DNA of 42,428 nucleotides. Origin: an uncultured Lentimicrobiaceae bacterium (GTDB lineage: Bacteria; Bacteroidota; Bacteroidia; Bacteroidales; F082). Of this stretch, positions 1-9,354 are shown one piece after another. The notes beneath the pieces are model-generated. The model had not been told where the DNA came from. It saw only the letters and a list, made by a program, of their open reading frames with translations, and made no database searches. How positions within the stretch are numbered: the first letter of the stretch is position 1; every line of letters begins with the position of its first letter. The translations under genes and the position numbers were made by a program. The DNA lies in contig CAZGWS010000003.1 in assembly GCA_964528805.1 (NCBI GenBank), positions 1 through 42,428 of the forward strand. Reading direction: 5' to 3'.

Positions 1-4
1 CTAA

Positions 5-913
5 ATGAAAAAATTAATTCTCATCTCATTAGTAACAATAATTTCAGTTCATAATTACGGACAGTCTTATCATCCTTTGCCTGATTCAAACGCAAAATGG
101 TGCATCGAATATAATAATCATGTTATTCCCCCACCTATTTGGTGGTACACAAATTACTGGGAAACATATTATTCGGGAGACACAACAATATTGAATCAGG
201 AATATAAAAAAATAGAGAAGACAGTATATGATATCTTCTGTTTAAATACGATAATCAGCGGACCTGATTATATTGGTGCTATTAGAGACGACATAATTCA
301 AAAAAAAGTATTCTATATTCCACCTGAGGATTCAGTAGAAAAGTTAATTTATGACTTTAATTTAGAAGTTGGCGACACTCTGATTAGTTATTTGAATTTT
401 AACCAACCATTAATTGTTAGCATCGTTGACTCTATTTTAATAAACGATGAGTATCATAAAAGAATTCAATTCCCATATGATGAAGCGGAAATAATTGAAG
501 GAATTGGCAGTAGAACAGGACTCATTGAAGATTTAGTGGCTTTTGAAGGAGGCAGTTACTTATGTGCGTTATATATTGACACCACATTTATATTCCCGGA
601 TTATCCTTGTAACCTGTCTTCAACAGACACTTGTTTAACATTAAACGTTGAGTCTCAATTCAAAGATTCAGAATTTTCAATCTTTCCTAACCCTGCTAAA
701 GATCAATTTCAAATTAATATTTCTACTGAAATACTTTTACACCATCCACGAATAGAGATATTTTCAATTACAGGAAAAATTTATAAAAATGAAGTGCTGA
801 CAAATGAAATAACGCAAATTAATTCAAATGACTTTACATCCGGGATTTACATAATAAAAGTTTTTACCGACAAAAAACTAAATCAGGTAAAAAAATTAAT
901 TATTGAAAAATAA
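5..913 (+). CDS. Secreted protein with type IX secretion (Por) C-terminal sorting domain; function unknown
   Basis: 302-aa ORF with a signal-like N-terminus, MKKLILISLVTIISVHNYGQ. The last ~80 aa (FSIFPNPAKDQFQINIS...SGIYIIKVFTDKKLNQVKKLIIEK) fit the T9SS type-A CTD pattern (PNPa, GiY.ikv, K.lii.K end). Confidence 0.75.
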   Translation: MKKLILISLVTIISVHNYGQSYHPLPDSNAKWCIEYNNHVIPPPIWWYTNYWETYYSGDTTILNQEYKKIEKTVYDIFCLNTIISGPDYIGAIRDDIIQKKVFYIPPEDSVEKLIYDFNLEVGDTLISYLNFNQPLIVSIVDSILINDEYHKRIQFPYDEAEIIEGIGSRTGLIEDLVAFEGGSYLCALYIDTTFIFPDYPCNLSSTDTCLTLNVESQFKDSEFSIFPNPAKDQFQINISTEILLHHPRIEIFSITGKIYKNEVLTNEITQINSNDFTSGIYIIKVFTDKKLNQVKKLIIEK

Positions 914-1087
914 AACTCTGTAACCAACGGCAGACCATTGCCCATACTCGGTTTGCAGTTAGCAAGAAAAATAATTAGCAATATAAACATTAAAGTTATC
1001 GTCAAACAATACGCAATAAATGGCTACAGACAATATTTGGAAACTGCAAGAAACAAGCTTTAGAAACATCCATATCAAAAAAAATTG

Positions 1088-1095
1088 TACTTTTG
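1088..1095 (+). promoter_or_regulatory. Candidate Bacteroidota -7 promoter box (TACTTTTG) upstream of parA
   Basis: Exact match to the TAnnTTTG -7 consensus of Bacteroidetes sigma-A promoters, in the 294-nt gap before parA. No convincing -33 TTTG. The motif is short and can occur by chance in AT-rich DNA. Confidence 0.25.
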
Positions 1096-1206
1096 AATAA
1101 AATCTATTAACATGGTCTTACAGATAAAGAAAATTTCATTTATGCAAGGATTCCTAAGAATTCAGAACATAGCACTACACACCAAAATAAAATTCGGATT
1201 ATTGAT

Positions 1207-2010
1207 ATGAGCAAAACTATAGCTGTAACAAACCAAAAGGGTGGTGTTGGAAAAACAACAACTTCTATTAATCTATCAGCCTGTTTGGCGATACTTGAAT
1301 ACAAAACATTACTTGTAGATGCTGATCCTCAGGCTAATGCCACTTCTGGAATTGGCTTCGATCCAAAAAATACACAAGCCAGCATATACGAGTGTATTAT
1401 TGATGGTCTTAACATAGAAAGTGTAATATTACCCACAAAAACTCCAAACCTTGATTTATTACCGGCTCATATCGACCTTGTAGGTGCCGAAATAGAGATA
1501 ATAAATTTACCCGACAGAGAAAAACTGATGAGTGGAACCTTGGATAAAATAAAATCGAAATACGATTTTATTATTATTGATTGTTCACCATCTTTGGGTC
1601 TTATTACAGTCAATGCACTTACTGCTGCCGATTCGGTAATTATTCCTGTACAATGCGAATATTTCGCACTCGAAGGTTTAGGTAAATTGCTTAATACCAT
1701 AAAGATAGTTCAAACACGCCTAAATAAAGACTTAGATATTGAAGGAATATTGCTTACAATGTTCGACTCACGTTTACGACTATCAAAGCAAGTGGTGGAG
1801 GAAGTAAAAACACATTTTCAGCAAATGGTGTTTAATACAATAATTAATAGAAATACTAAACTTGGGGAAGCTCCGAGTTATGGAGATTCGATAATTATGT
1901 ACGATGCAAATAGTACCGGTGCGATAAACTACCTAAATTTAGCTCGCGAACTTTTGCAAAATAATAATATGACAGTATTGAATAACTCAGATAAAATATT
2001 AAATGAGTAA
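1207..2010 (+). CDS. parA: Chromosome partitioning ATPase ParA/Soj
   Basis: Deviant Walker A NQKGGVGKTTTSINLSA and the IIIDCSPSLG motif. 267 aa. Its stop overlaps the parB start by 8 nt. Confidence 0.95.
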   Translation: MSKTIAVTNQKGGVGKTTTSINLSACLAILEYKTLLVDADPQANATSGIGFDPKNTQASIYECIIDGLNIESVILPTKTPNLDLLPAHIDLVGAEIEIINLPDREKLMSGTLDKIKSKYDFIIIDCSPSLGLITVNALTAADSVIIPVQCEYFALEGLGKLLNTIKIVQTRLNKDLDIEGILLTMFDSRLRLSKQVVEEVKTHFQQMVFNTIINRNTKLGEAPSYGDSIIMYDANSTGAINYLNLARELLQNNNMTVLNNSDKILNE

Positions 2011-2896
2011 CAAAGGAAAAAAGAAAGCATTGGGTAGAGGTCTTGATTCAATATTGTCAAGTCCGCATACCGATATAACCTCAGAAGATATTTCCGGCAA
2101 ATTTGTAGCCGGTGCCATTGCTGAAATCGATATAACTAAAATAGAGACAAACCCATTTCAGCCACGTACTAACTTTGATGAAATGATGCTCAGAGAACTG
2201 TCTGATTCCATTAAGGTTCAGGGTGTAATACAACCTATTACTGTTAGGAAAATGGGATATGGTAAATATCAGATTATTGCCGGTGAACGCCGTTACCGTG
2301 CTTCTCAAATGGCAGGATTATTGAAAATACCAACATTTATTCGTATAGCCAACGACGAAGAAATGCTTGAACTGGCGTTGATAGAAAATATTCATCGCGA
2401 AAACTTAAACGCATTAGAAATTGCAATCAGCTATCAGCGCCTTATTGATGAAATAAATTTGACACAAGAAAAATTAAGCGAGAGGCTTGGAAAAAGCAGA
2501 TCGTCTATCGCTAACTTTTTAAGACTTCTTAAGTTACCTCCTATCATTCAGGTTGCTTTACGCGATGGTAATATCAGCATGGGACATGCACGAGCATTAA
2601 TATCGTTAGAAAATGTTAAAATTCAGGAAAAATATCTAAAGATTATTCTAAGCAAAAACCTAAATGTAAGGCAAACCGAAGAACTCGTAAGATGCACATC
2701 ATCAGTACAAAAGCAAGGTAAAAATAAAATACAAATCGCAATACCTGATAAATTTAAAGAAGTTACAGCACAGCTTAGCGTAAAATTAGGTGCTAAAGTT
2801 AAACTAAAAAGAAACAATATTGGTGTTGGGTCAATCGTTATCAGCTTTAAAAATGATGAAGATCTAAATAAGATTATTTCATTGATTAATGACTAA
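2003..2896 (+). CDS. parB: Chromosome partitioning protein ParB/Spo0J
   Basis: ParB box QIIAGERRYRAS and an HTH region (QEKLSERLGKSRSSIANFLRLLKL). Lies immediately downstream of parA. Confidence 0.95.
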   Translation: MSNKGKKKALGRGLDSILSSPHTDITSEDISGKFVAGAIAEIDITKIETNPFQPRTNFDEMMLRELSDSIKVQGVIQPITVRKMGYGKYQIIAGERRYRASQMAGLLKIPTFIRIANDEEMLELALIENIHRENLNALEIAISYQRLIDEINLTQEKLSERLGKSRSSIANFLRLLKLPPIIQVALRDGNISMGHARALISLENVKIQEKYLKIILSKNLNVRQTEELVRCTSSVQKQGKNKIQIAIPDKFKEVTAQLSVKLGAKVKLKRNNIGVGSIVISFKNDEDLNKIISLIND

Positions 2897-3560
2897 CAGC
2901 AGCCTTGTTTTGAAATATCTATCTAACATAGTGTTTTGGCATGTGATTACTTTAACTGTATTTGTTTGTTTTACAAATAGTGTCATAGCTCAGAGTAACA
3001 ATGAAGCAGATACCACCGTTATATTGCATTCGCCAAAGAAAGCCACATATCTTGCTTTGATTCCTGGATTAGGTCAGATTTATAATAAAAAATACTGGAA
3101 ACTGCCAATTGTTTATGCCGGGTTTGCCGCAACAGGCTATTTCGCCATTACAAACAGAACTGAATATCTTAAATTTAATGATGCATATATTTGCAGAGCA
3201 GATGGTTATCAAAATAGCCTCATCACTACTTACGATCCTTCAACTGGAGCATTTGTTACTAGCGTAAATGATTTAAAATGCAGCGACTTATCCAGAAAAT
3301 ATAATGCCGACCAGCTTAAATCGTTTCGTGATTATTATCGGCGGAATATGGAACTGTCGTACATAGTGATGGGAGCCTGGTACGTTCTTCAGATACTCGA
3401 CGCAGCTGTGGATGCACATCTTTATTACTGGGAAGTAAATGATGATATATCGCTAATGATTGAACCAACAATACTACAAATACCAACACAATCGCAACAA
3501 ATATTACCGGTGGTTGGCAAAATTAGACGCAGTGGCTTAAAAATAACAGTTAGTTTTTAA
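2889..3560 (+). CDS. DUF5683-like membrane protein
   Basis: The LIPGLGQIYNKKYWKLPIVYAGF motif and the position between parB and dapB are typical of the Bacteroidota DUF5683 family. Overlaps the parB stop by 8 nt. Confidence 0.65.
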   Translation: MTNSSLVLKYLSNIVFWHVITLTVFVCFTNSVIAQSNNEADTTVILHSPKKATYLALIPGLGQIYNKKYWKLPIVYAGFAATGYFAITNRTEYLKFNDAYICRADGYQNSLITTYDPSTGAFVTSVNDLKCSDLSRKYNADQLKSFRDYYRRNMELSYIVMGAWYVLQILDAAVDAHLYYWEVNDDISLMIEPTILQIPTQSQQILPVVGKIRRSGLKITVSF

Positions 3561-3586
3561 CAGATACTATTGTAAATCATATTATT

Positions 3587-4309
3587 ATGAATATCATTAT
3601 TTCAGGCTACGGTCGTATGGGTAAAGAAGTTGAGAAAATTTGTCTAAGCAGAAATCATAAAATAATTGCAAAAATTGATACTACTAACGATTGGAATCAG
3701 CTATCATCTATTGATTATACAAAATCTGTAGTAATTGATTTTAGCATACCTAGTGTAGCAATAAATAACTATTTAGTATGCTTTAAATTAGGCATACCGG
3801 TTGTTACCGGAACTACCGGGTGGTATGATAAATTTGATTACGTTATACAGCAATGCACAAAGCAAAACTGTACTTTTTTCTATGCACGAAATTTTAGTAT
3901 TGGCGTTAATATTTTTTTAAAGGCAAGTACATATTTAGCAAGACTAATGGCAGGTTTCAACAATTATAACGTACACATTAACGAAACACATCACACACAC
4001 AAAGTTGATTCTCCAAGCGGTACTGCCATTGCTATTGCCGATAACATAATAAACCTAATACCCACACTTGATGGGTGGTCGCTTAACAATGATAAAGATA
4101 AAAGTAGTTTGCCCATATATGCGTATCGCAAAGGCGAAGTAACAGGTAAGCACCAAATAGTTTACGAATCACATGAAGATAAAATAATATTACAACACGA
4201 GGCAAAAAATAGATCAGGCTTCGCTTTGGGAGCAGTATTGGCTGCCGAATTTATTATTGGAAAACATGGCGTATTCACTATGGATGATTTACTAAAAACT
4301 ATTGTATAA
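3587..4309 (+). CDS. dapB: 4-hydroxy-tetrahydrodipicolinate reductase
   Basis: N-terminal Rossmann segment IIISGYGRMGK and the catalytic signature ETHHTHKVDSPSGTA. 240 aa. Confidence 0.9.
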   Translation: MNIIISGYGRMGKEVEKICLSRNHKIIAKIDTTNDWNQLSSIDYTKSVVIDFSIPSVAINNYLVCFKLGIPVVTGTTGWYDKFDYVIQQCTKQNCTFFYARNFSIGVNIFLKASTYLARLMAGFNNYNVHINETHHTHKVDSPSGTAIAIADNIINLIPTLDGWSLNNDKDKSSLPIYAYRKGEVTGKHQIVYESHEDKIILQHEAKNRSGFALGAVLAAEFIIGKHGVFTMDDLLKTIV

Positions 4310-4310
4310 T

Positions 4311-4754
4311 ATGAAGATAATTACAACACTATCTCTGCTGGCAGTACTATTAGCATCATGCAACACATCTAAAAAAATAGTAGAGAAAAAAAATGCCGAT
4401 ATGGATAATATTTGTAATTCGATGACATTTAACAGCCAACCTGTTAGTAAATTATCATCAGATTATTATACAATTGACACACTCTTTATTGTTGATAATT
4501 GTTTAAACATGTGGGTTAGTTATAGTGGTGGTTGCGGTAACGCTGATTTTAAACTTTACTATACTGATAGGATGGTTACATCTATGCCACCTAAAACAAC
4601 ATTGCGACTTCAACTTACCGATAATGACCCATGTAGAGCTATTATTCAACAAAAACTTTATTTTAATATAAGCTTCTTTGACGATTATGCCAAAAAGACC
4701 GGAATTCTATTGAAATTTGCAGGTAGCAACAAAAGTATATTGTATAAAAAATAA
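4311..4754 (+). CDS. Small lipoprotein, function unknown
   Basis: Lipobox in MKIITTLSLLAVLLASCNTSKK. The track start at 4302 is a TTG codon; the ATG at 4311, 1 nt after the dapB stop, is the more likely start. Confidence 0.55.
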   Translation: MKIITTLSLLAVLLASCNTSKKIVEKKNADMDNICNSMTFNSQPVSKLSSDYYTIDTLFIVDNCLNMWVSYSGGCGNADFKLYYTDRMVTSMPPKTTLRLQLTDNDPCRAIIQQKLYFNISFFDDYAKKTGILLKFAGSNKSILYKK

Positions 4755-4905
4755 CATTAGTACGGTAACCGACAAAAAATGAACTTTACAAATGAATGAC
4801 CCTAATTTTTCTTATTTTTGCATCCTAATAAGTTTAAGTAAATTTAACATCAAAAAAGGTTAAAATCAAGTACTTTGCAAACGCTTATTTTTAAATATAA
4901 TACTT

Positions 4906-6420
4906 ATGATTGAATTAATATTGTTATTGCCATTATCGTTTTCAATACCTACAATATTTGCATGGCAACTTTTTGAAAAAGCCGGTCGAAAAGGTTGGCA
5001 AACACTTATTCCATACTACAATTTATTTATATTTTTAAAGATAATAAAGAAACCAGATTGGTGGATGTTGTTACTATTTTTCCCATTTCTAAACGTATTT
5101 ATCTTTATGCTAATGCTAGTTGAGCTTGTTAAATGCTATAATAAATTCTCACTCGGCGAACAATTTTTGGCTGTTGTATTACCTTTTGTTTATCTCCCAT
5201 ATTTAGGGCTTAAAGCTGATGAAGTGTATGTTAACCCTAATGACAGACCTATAATAAAAAAGTCGTTTACACGAGAATGGGTAGATGCTATCATTTTTGC
5301 CGTTGTGGCTGCTACAATTATCCGCACATTTTTGCTCGAGGCATATACAATTCCTACATCCTCAATGGAAAAGTCGCTACTGGTAGGTGATTATTTATTT
5401 GTAAGTAAAATAACTTACGGCCCAAAAGTCCCAAATACCCCATTGTCGTTTCCATTTGTGCATCATACATTACCCTTTACTAAAAACATAAAGTCGTATG
5501 TTGAGTGGATTGAGCTTCCTTACATGCGCTTTGCCGGATTATCAAAAGTTAAGCATAACGATGCGGTAGTGTTTAATTATCCTGCCGGAGATACAGTTTC
5601 AACACGATTCCAAAGTAATGCCAGCTATTACAGTCTTATTAAAGACTATGGTCGAAAAAGAGTGTGGACCGACAAACGTAACTTTGGTGATATCATTGCA
5701 AGACCTGTTGACAAACGTGAAAATTTCGTAAAAAGATGTATCGGATTGCCTGGAGATACGCTCAGTATTGTTAATAGACAAGTATATCTTGATGGTGTTA
5801 AGGCTGTTAATCCAATAAACTTGCAATATGAATATCTTGTAACAACAAATGGAATGAGCATAAACCCTAAGATACTTGATAGGTTAAATATTACTGAAGC
5901 TACTCGTGGTAACAGACCCGGACAATTTGAATTTATGCTTACCGGTGAAGCAAAAAACGCACTCAAAAAACTATCTATTGTAAAAAGCGTTGAAGTAGCA
6001 AACGAGAATGCAGGTGTATGGAGACCTGAGATTTTCCCCTTTGATAGTGCATATAGATGGAACAGAGATAATTTTGGTCCCGTTTACATTCCAAAGAAAG
6101 GCGTACCAATAAACTTAACTATTAAAAATCTTCCAATCTACAAACGATTGATAGAAACATATGAGGGTAATAAACTTAAAGTAGTAAATGGAAAAGTACT
6201 TATAAATGGCAAATCAACAACTACTTATACGCCTAAATATAATTATTATTGGATGATGGGCGATAACAGAGATAACTCTGCCGACTCACGTTATTGGGGT
6301 TTTGTACCCGAAAATCATATTGTTGGACGTGCAGAGTTTATTTGGCTGTCATTAGATAAAAACAAATCACTTTTTGATGGCAAGATAAGGTGGAATAGAT
6401 TATTTAGCATTGTAAAATGA
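4906..6420 (+). CDS. lepB: Signal peptidase I (S26) with N-terminal DUF5684-like membrane domain
   Basis: S26 boxes IPTSSMEKSLLVGDYLFVSK (Ser nucleophile), VKRCIGLPGD (Lys) and GDNRDNSADSRYWGFVP. The N-terminal ~110 aa (FEKAGRKGWQTLIPYYNLFIFLKIIKKPDWW) resembles DUF5684. Confidence 0.9.
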   Translation: MIELILLLPLSFSIPTIFAWQLFEKAGRKGWQTLIPYYNLFIFLKIIKKPDWWMLLLFFPFLNVFIFMLMLVELVKCYNKFSLGEQFLAVVLPFVYLPYLGLKADEVYVNPNDRPIIKKSFTREWVDAIIFAVVAATIIRTFLLEAYTIPTSSMEKSLLVGDYLFVSKITYGPKVPNTPLSFPFVHHTLPFTKNIKSYVEWIELPYMRFAGLSKVKHNDAVVFNYPAGDTVSTRFQSNASYYSLIKDYGRKRVWTDKRNFGDIIARPVDKRENFVKRCIGLPGDTLSIVNRQVYLDGVKAVNPINLQYEYLVTTNGMSINPKILDRLNITEATRGNRPGQFEFMLTGEAKNALKKLSIVKSVEVANENAGVWRPEIFPFDSAYRWNRDNFGPVYIPKKGVPINLTIKNLPIYKRLIETYEGNKLKVVNGKVLINGKSTTTYTPKYNYYWMMGDNRDNSADSRYWGFVPENHIVGRAEFIWLSLDKNKSLFDGKIRWNRLFSIVK

Positions 6421-6488
6421 TAGCTAATATCCATATAATCTTATTTTCTATTTCATTTTTAACTAATTTCGTAGTAGAAAACTAAAAT

Positions 6489-7892
6489 ATGAGCGAGGAT
6501 AACGAATGGATTGATGACAATGAAATTGTTGAACTGATTAACAGGTTTGATTCCATGCTTGCTAAAGATTTGCATTATTTTTTTGATGTTGCTGAATTTG
6601 AAGCTATAATAGATTACTTTCTTGATTTTCAGATAGTTGAAAAGGCTAAAATTGCCATAGAATCAGCTGTTCAGCAGCACCCTTCATATTTGGGATTTAG
6701 CCTTAAAAGTGCTAAATTGTCTGCCTTAAATGGCGATTATTACGATGCTTTGGAACAACTTAATCATATTGAGTTAATTGATCCGGCAAATGACGAGCTG
6801 TATTACTCCAAAGGTGAAATATATAGCATGATGGGAAAACACGAACTTGCCATCGAAGAGTACAAAAAAGCAATTTTATACTCCGAAACACCCGAGGATA
6901 TATATTCAATAATTGCATTTGAGTACGAAAACATGGATGATTACCCCAATGCCATACTAAGCCTAAAAAATGCACTGCAACTTAAACCAAATTCGGAGAA
7001 TATTATACATGAAATAGCTTTTTTCTTCGATATTACAAACCGTGAGGAGGAAGCAATCGACTTTTTTAATAACTTCCTAAATGTAAACCCATTCTCGAAG
7101 GTGGCATGGTTTAACCTTGGCATTTTTTACAATCAGCTTGAATTATACGAAAAAGCAATTGAAGCATACGAATACACACTTGCAATAGATGAGGAATACT
7201 CTTCAGCTTACTTTAACATAGCTAACTCGTTATCAGGTCTTAAAAAATATATTGAATCAATAGAGTATTATAAAAAAACTTTTCTTTACGAACCACCGGA
7301 AGCCGTAACATATTATTACATAGGTGAATCGTATGAAAAACTTAATGACATTAAAAATGCAATTCACTACTTTAGAAAAGCTATTGAACTTGATGAAAAA
7401 TTTCCTGATTCATGGGCAGGACTTGGTAGGTTGTTTGATGCACAAGATAGTTTTGATGTTGCTATAAGCTATTATAAAAAGGCCATTGATTTAGTACCCC
7501 TAAATACTGATTTCAAGTTTGAACTTGGGGTTATTTATCTTAAAGTTGGCGATGCTGAAAAATCTGCTACACTATTCTCTGATATTACTAAAGAGGATGA
7601 CGCTAATGTTGAAGCTTGGATAAATTTATCATCATGTGCGTTAACATTAGATAATATAAAACTTGCTATCTCAATAATTGAAGAAGCTATTAATAAAAAT
7701 AAAGACAGTGCCTTACTTTGGTATCGCCTTGCCGGATATATGTATATTAATGGTAAGATACAGCAAGCATATTTTTATATCGAAACAGCACTAAAGCTTA
7801 ATTATGTGCAACATACCGAGCTTGTAGAATTAATTCCAAATATTTTAAATGAAAGTAGGTTTATAGAATTATTAGGAGTTTACAAAAACTAA
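6489..7892 (+). CDS. Tetratricopeptide (TPR) repeat protein
   Basis: 467 aa with repeated ~34-aa units carrying the A..Y/F...A and P...A/W..LG pattern (e.g. AIEEYKKAILYSE, AIEAYEYTLAIDE, AIHYFRKAIELDE, AISYYKKAIDLVP). Confidence 0.8.
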   Translation: MSEDNEWIDDNEIVELINRFDSMLAKDLHYFFDVAEFEAIIDYFLDFQIVEKAKIAIESAVQQHPSYLGFSLKSAKLSALNGDYYDALEQLNHIELIDPANDELYYSKGEIYSMMGKHELAIEEYKKAILYSETPEDIYSIIAFEYENMDDYPNAILSLKNALQLKPNSENIIHEIAFFFDITNREEEAIDFFNNFLNVNPFSKVAWFNLGIFYNQLELYEKAIEAYEYTLAIDEEYSSAYFNIANSLSGLKKYIESIEYYKKTFLYEPPEAVTYYYIGESYEKLNDIKNAIHYFRKAIELDEKFPDSWAGLGRLFDAQDSFDVAISYYKKAIDLVPLNTDFKFELGVIYLKVGDAEKSATLFSDITKEDDANVEAWINLSSCALTLDNIKLAISIIEEAINKNKDSALLWYRLAGYMYINGKIQQAYFYIETALKLNYVQHTELVELIPNILNESRFIELLGVYKN

Positions 7893-9262
7893 TTGTCAAT
7901 AAATTTATATTTTGAATCATCAAGCTTAAAATATTCTTTATTAAGCGAGGATACATTAAATATTTCCCATCGTCTAAACAAATACTGTTTTGGCTGTAGA
8001 ATTAATTTATTATCATTATAATCCATATCCTCGTCAGTACAGATGGTTATAGTTTTATTATTCGTATTACACGATGAAAGAAGCATTGTTTCTATAGGAT
8101 AGGACCAGTTTGGATTATACTTTAATGAGTCTTTACTTACAATAAACTTAGACCCCGGTAATGTCTCTGCAATTTTAATTTTATCTTTAATTTCATTCAA
8201 TCTATTTGTATAAACATTACTTTCTAACCAAATTCCGCTTATTCCTATACAGATGGCAATTACAGCAATACCTGTAAAAATCATCTTTTTCATGCTATTA
8301 TTATTATTTACAAGATATCTGACAAATGGATATGCAACAATAAAAGATAGTGGAAAATATACTTGCTCTTGGTATCGCGAGTGTATGAAACCAAAATAGG
8401 AAATATTTATTATTGTTATAGTGCCGGCAGTTGCTATTGCAAGTATCACAGCCCGCAAATAGTTTCGTTTTATTACCAAATAAACTAAGGTTATTAGCTC
8501 AATAACTATCAGCAACTTATAGTATTTATACATAAAACCGGTAAGATTTTTTATGTAATTGAGACTGTAATGTGCATTAAACAAATTAGCAATAAAAGCA
8601 TTTGTTTTCCCAATCTCGTATTCACTTGCAGTAAATTTCTTAAAAATAAAGATTCCAATTATCATTACAATTATAACAATGTACTTTATGCTGATTATTT
8701 GTTTTGTATCAATCATGTTTAGTGCTGTTACAAATAGAATAAGGATGGTGGAGTAAGGATGACCTGTAAGAATAAAAAATGCAAGCACAATTAGAGTTAT
8801 CAAGTGATCTTTCTTATCGGGATAGTTTAAAATTACAGAAAACAACACTAATAACCCGGCGCAATAATACAACTCAAACATTGGTACAAAGAAACCGCTT
8901 CTAATCCCGATAGTCAATAGCATCAGCAGTAATATGCCGGCTTGTTTATCTTTGTAATGATATCTTGCAAGTAGAAAAATAATATAAAAAAACAGGACAT
9001 GCCCTATTGAATACAAGTAAAGTACATACTTTAATTCAAGACCCAACTTTACACCGATAAGAGGAAGTAACTGTGAGAAAATTAATATAAACCTGTTGTG
9101 TTCAACCCTAAAGGTTTCGTTATTAATAACTTGAAATATGTAGTAACCTGAGTCGGCAAGCAGCCTTTGTTGGAATAAAATAATGGAAAAACCTCCCAAA
9201 ACAAAAAATAGTAAATGAACAAATATGTCATTTCTATTTATTATATGGGCTAACTTATTCAT
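7889..9262 (-). CDS. Polytopic inner-membrane protein, unknown function (GT-C-like topology)
   Basis: 457 aa. About 10 hydrophobic segments span the first ~340 aa, followed by a ~110-aa soluble C-terminal region. I recognise no catalytic motif. Confidence 0.6.
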   Translation of the reverse strand: MNKLAHIINRNDIFVHLLFFVLGGFSIILFQQRLLADSGYYIFQVINNETFRVEHNRFILIFSQLLPLIGVKLGLELKYVLYLYSIGHVLFFYIIFLLARYHYKDKQAGILLLMLLTIGIRSGFFVPMFELYYCAGLLVLFSVILNYPDKKDHLITLIVLAFFILTGHPYSTILILFVTALNMIDTKQIISIKYIVIIVMIIGIFIFKKFTASEYEIGKTNAFIANLFNAHYSLNYIKNLTGFMYKYYKLLIVIELITLVYLVIKRNYLRAVILAIATAGTITIINISYFGFIHSRYQEQVYFPLSFIVAYPFVRYLVNNNNSMKKMIFTGIAVIAICIGISGIWLESNVYTNRLNEIKDKIKIAETLPGSKFIVSKDSLKYNPNWSYPIETMLLSSCNTNNKTITICTDEDMDYNDNKLILQPKQYLFRRWEIFNVSSLNKEYFKLDDSKYKFIDN

Positions 9263-9354
9263 ATGTTAAAGATTATGCTGTGATAGAGTAATAGAAAAGT
9301 AACAAATTAAAACGAGTAAGTTTATTAATCATTCATGCACAGATATCTTTTTCT

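Noticed and set aside
1467-2817. Antisense ORFs inside parA/parB (1467..1700, 2081..2308, 2623..2817). The same class of shadow ORFs occurs elsewhere in the track, e.g. 5599..5966, 6760..7123, 9431..11062, 11306..11611, 12112..12730, 15474..15809, 18670..18966, 21121..21604, 21922..22950, 25129..25755, 26273..27201, 27535..30775, 33028..33762, 34785..35003, 35395..35625, 36616..36819, 38469..38890, 39557..40192 and 41850..42086.
   Set aside because: Each lies wholly within, and antisense or out of frame to, a long ORF with clear family motifs. They are short (60-116 aa), low-complexity, and carry no motifs. I treat them as non-coding shadow frames.
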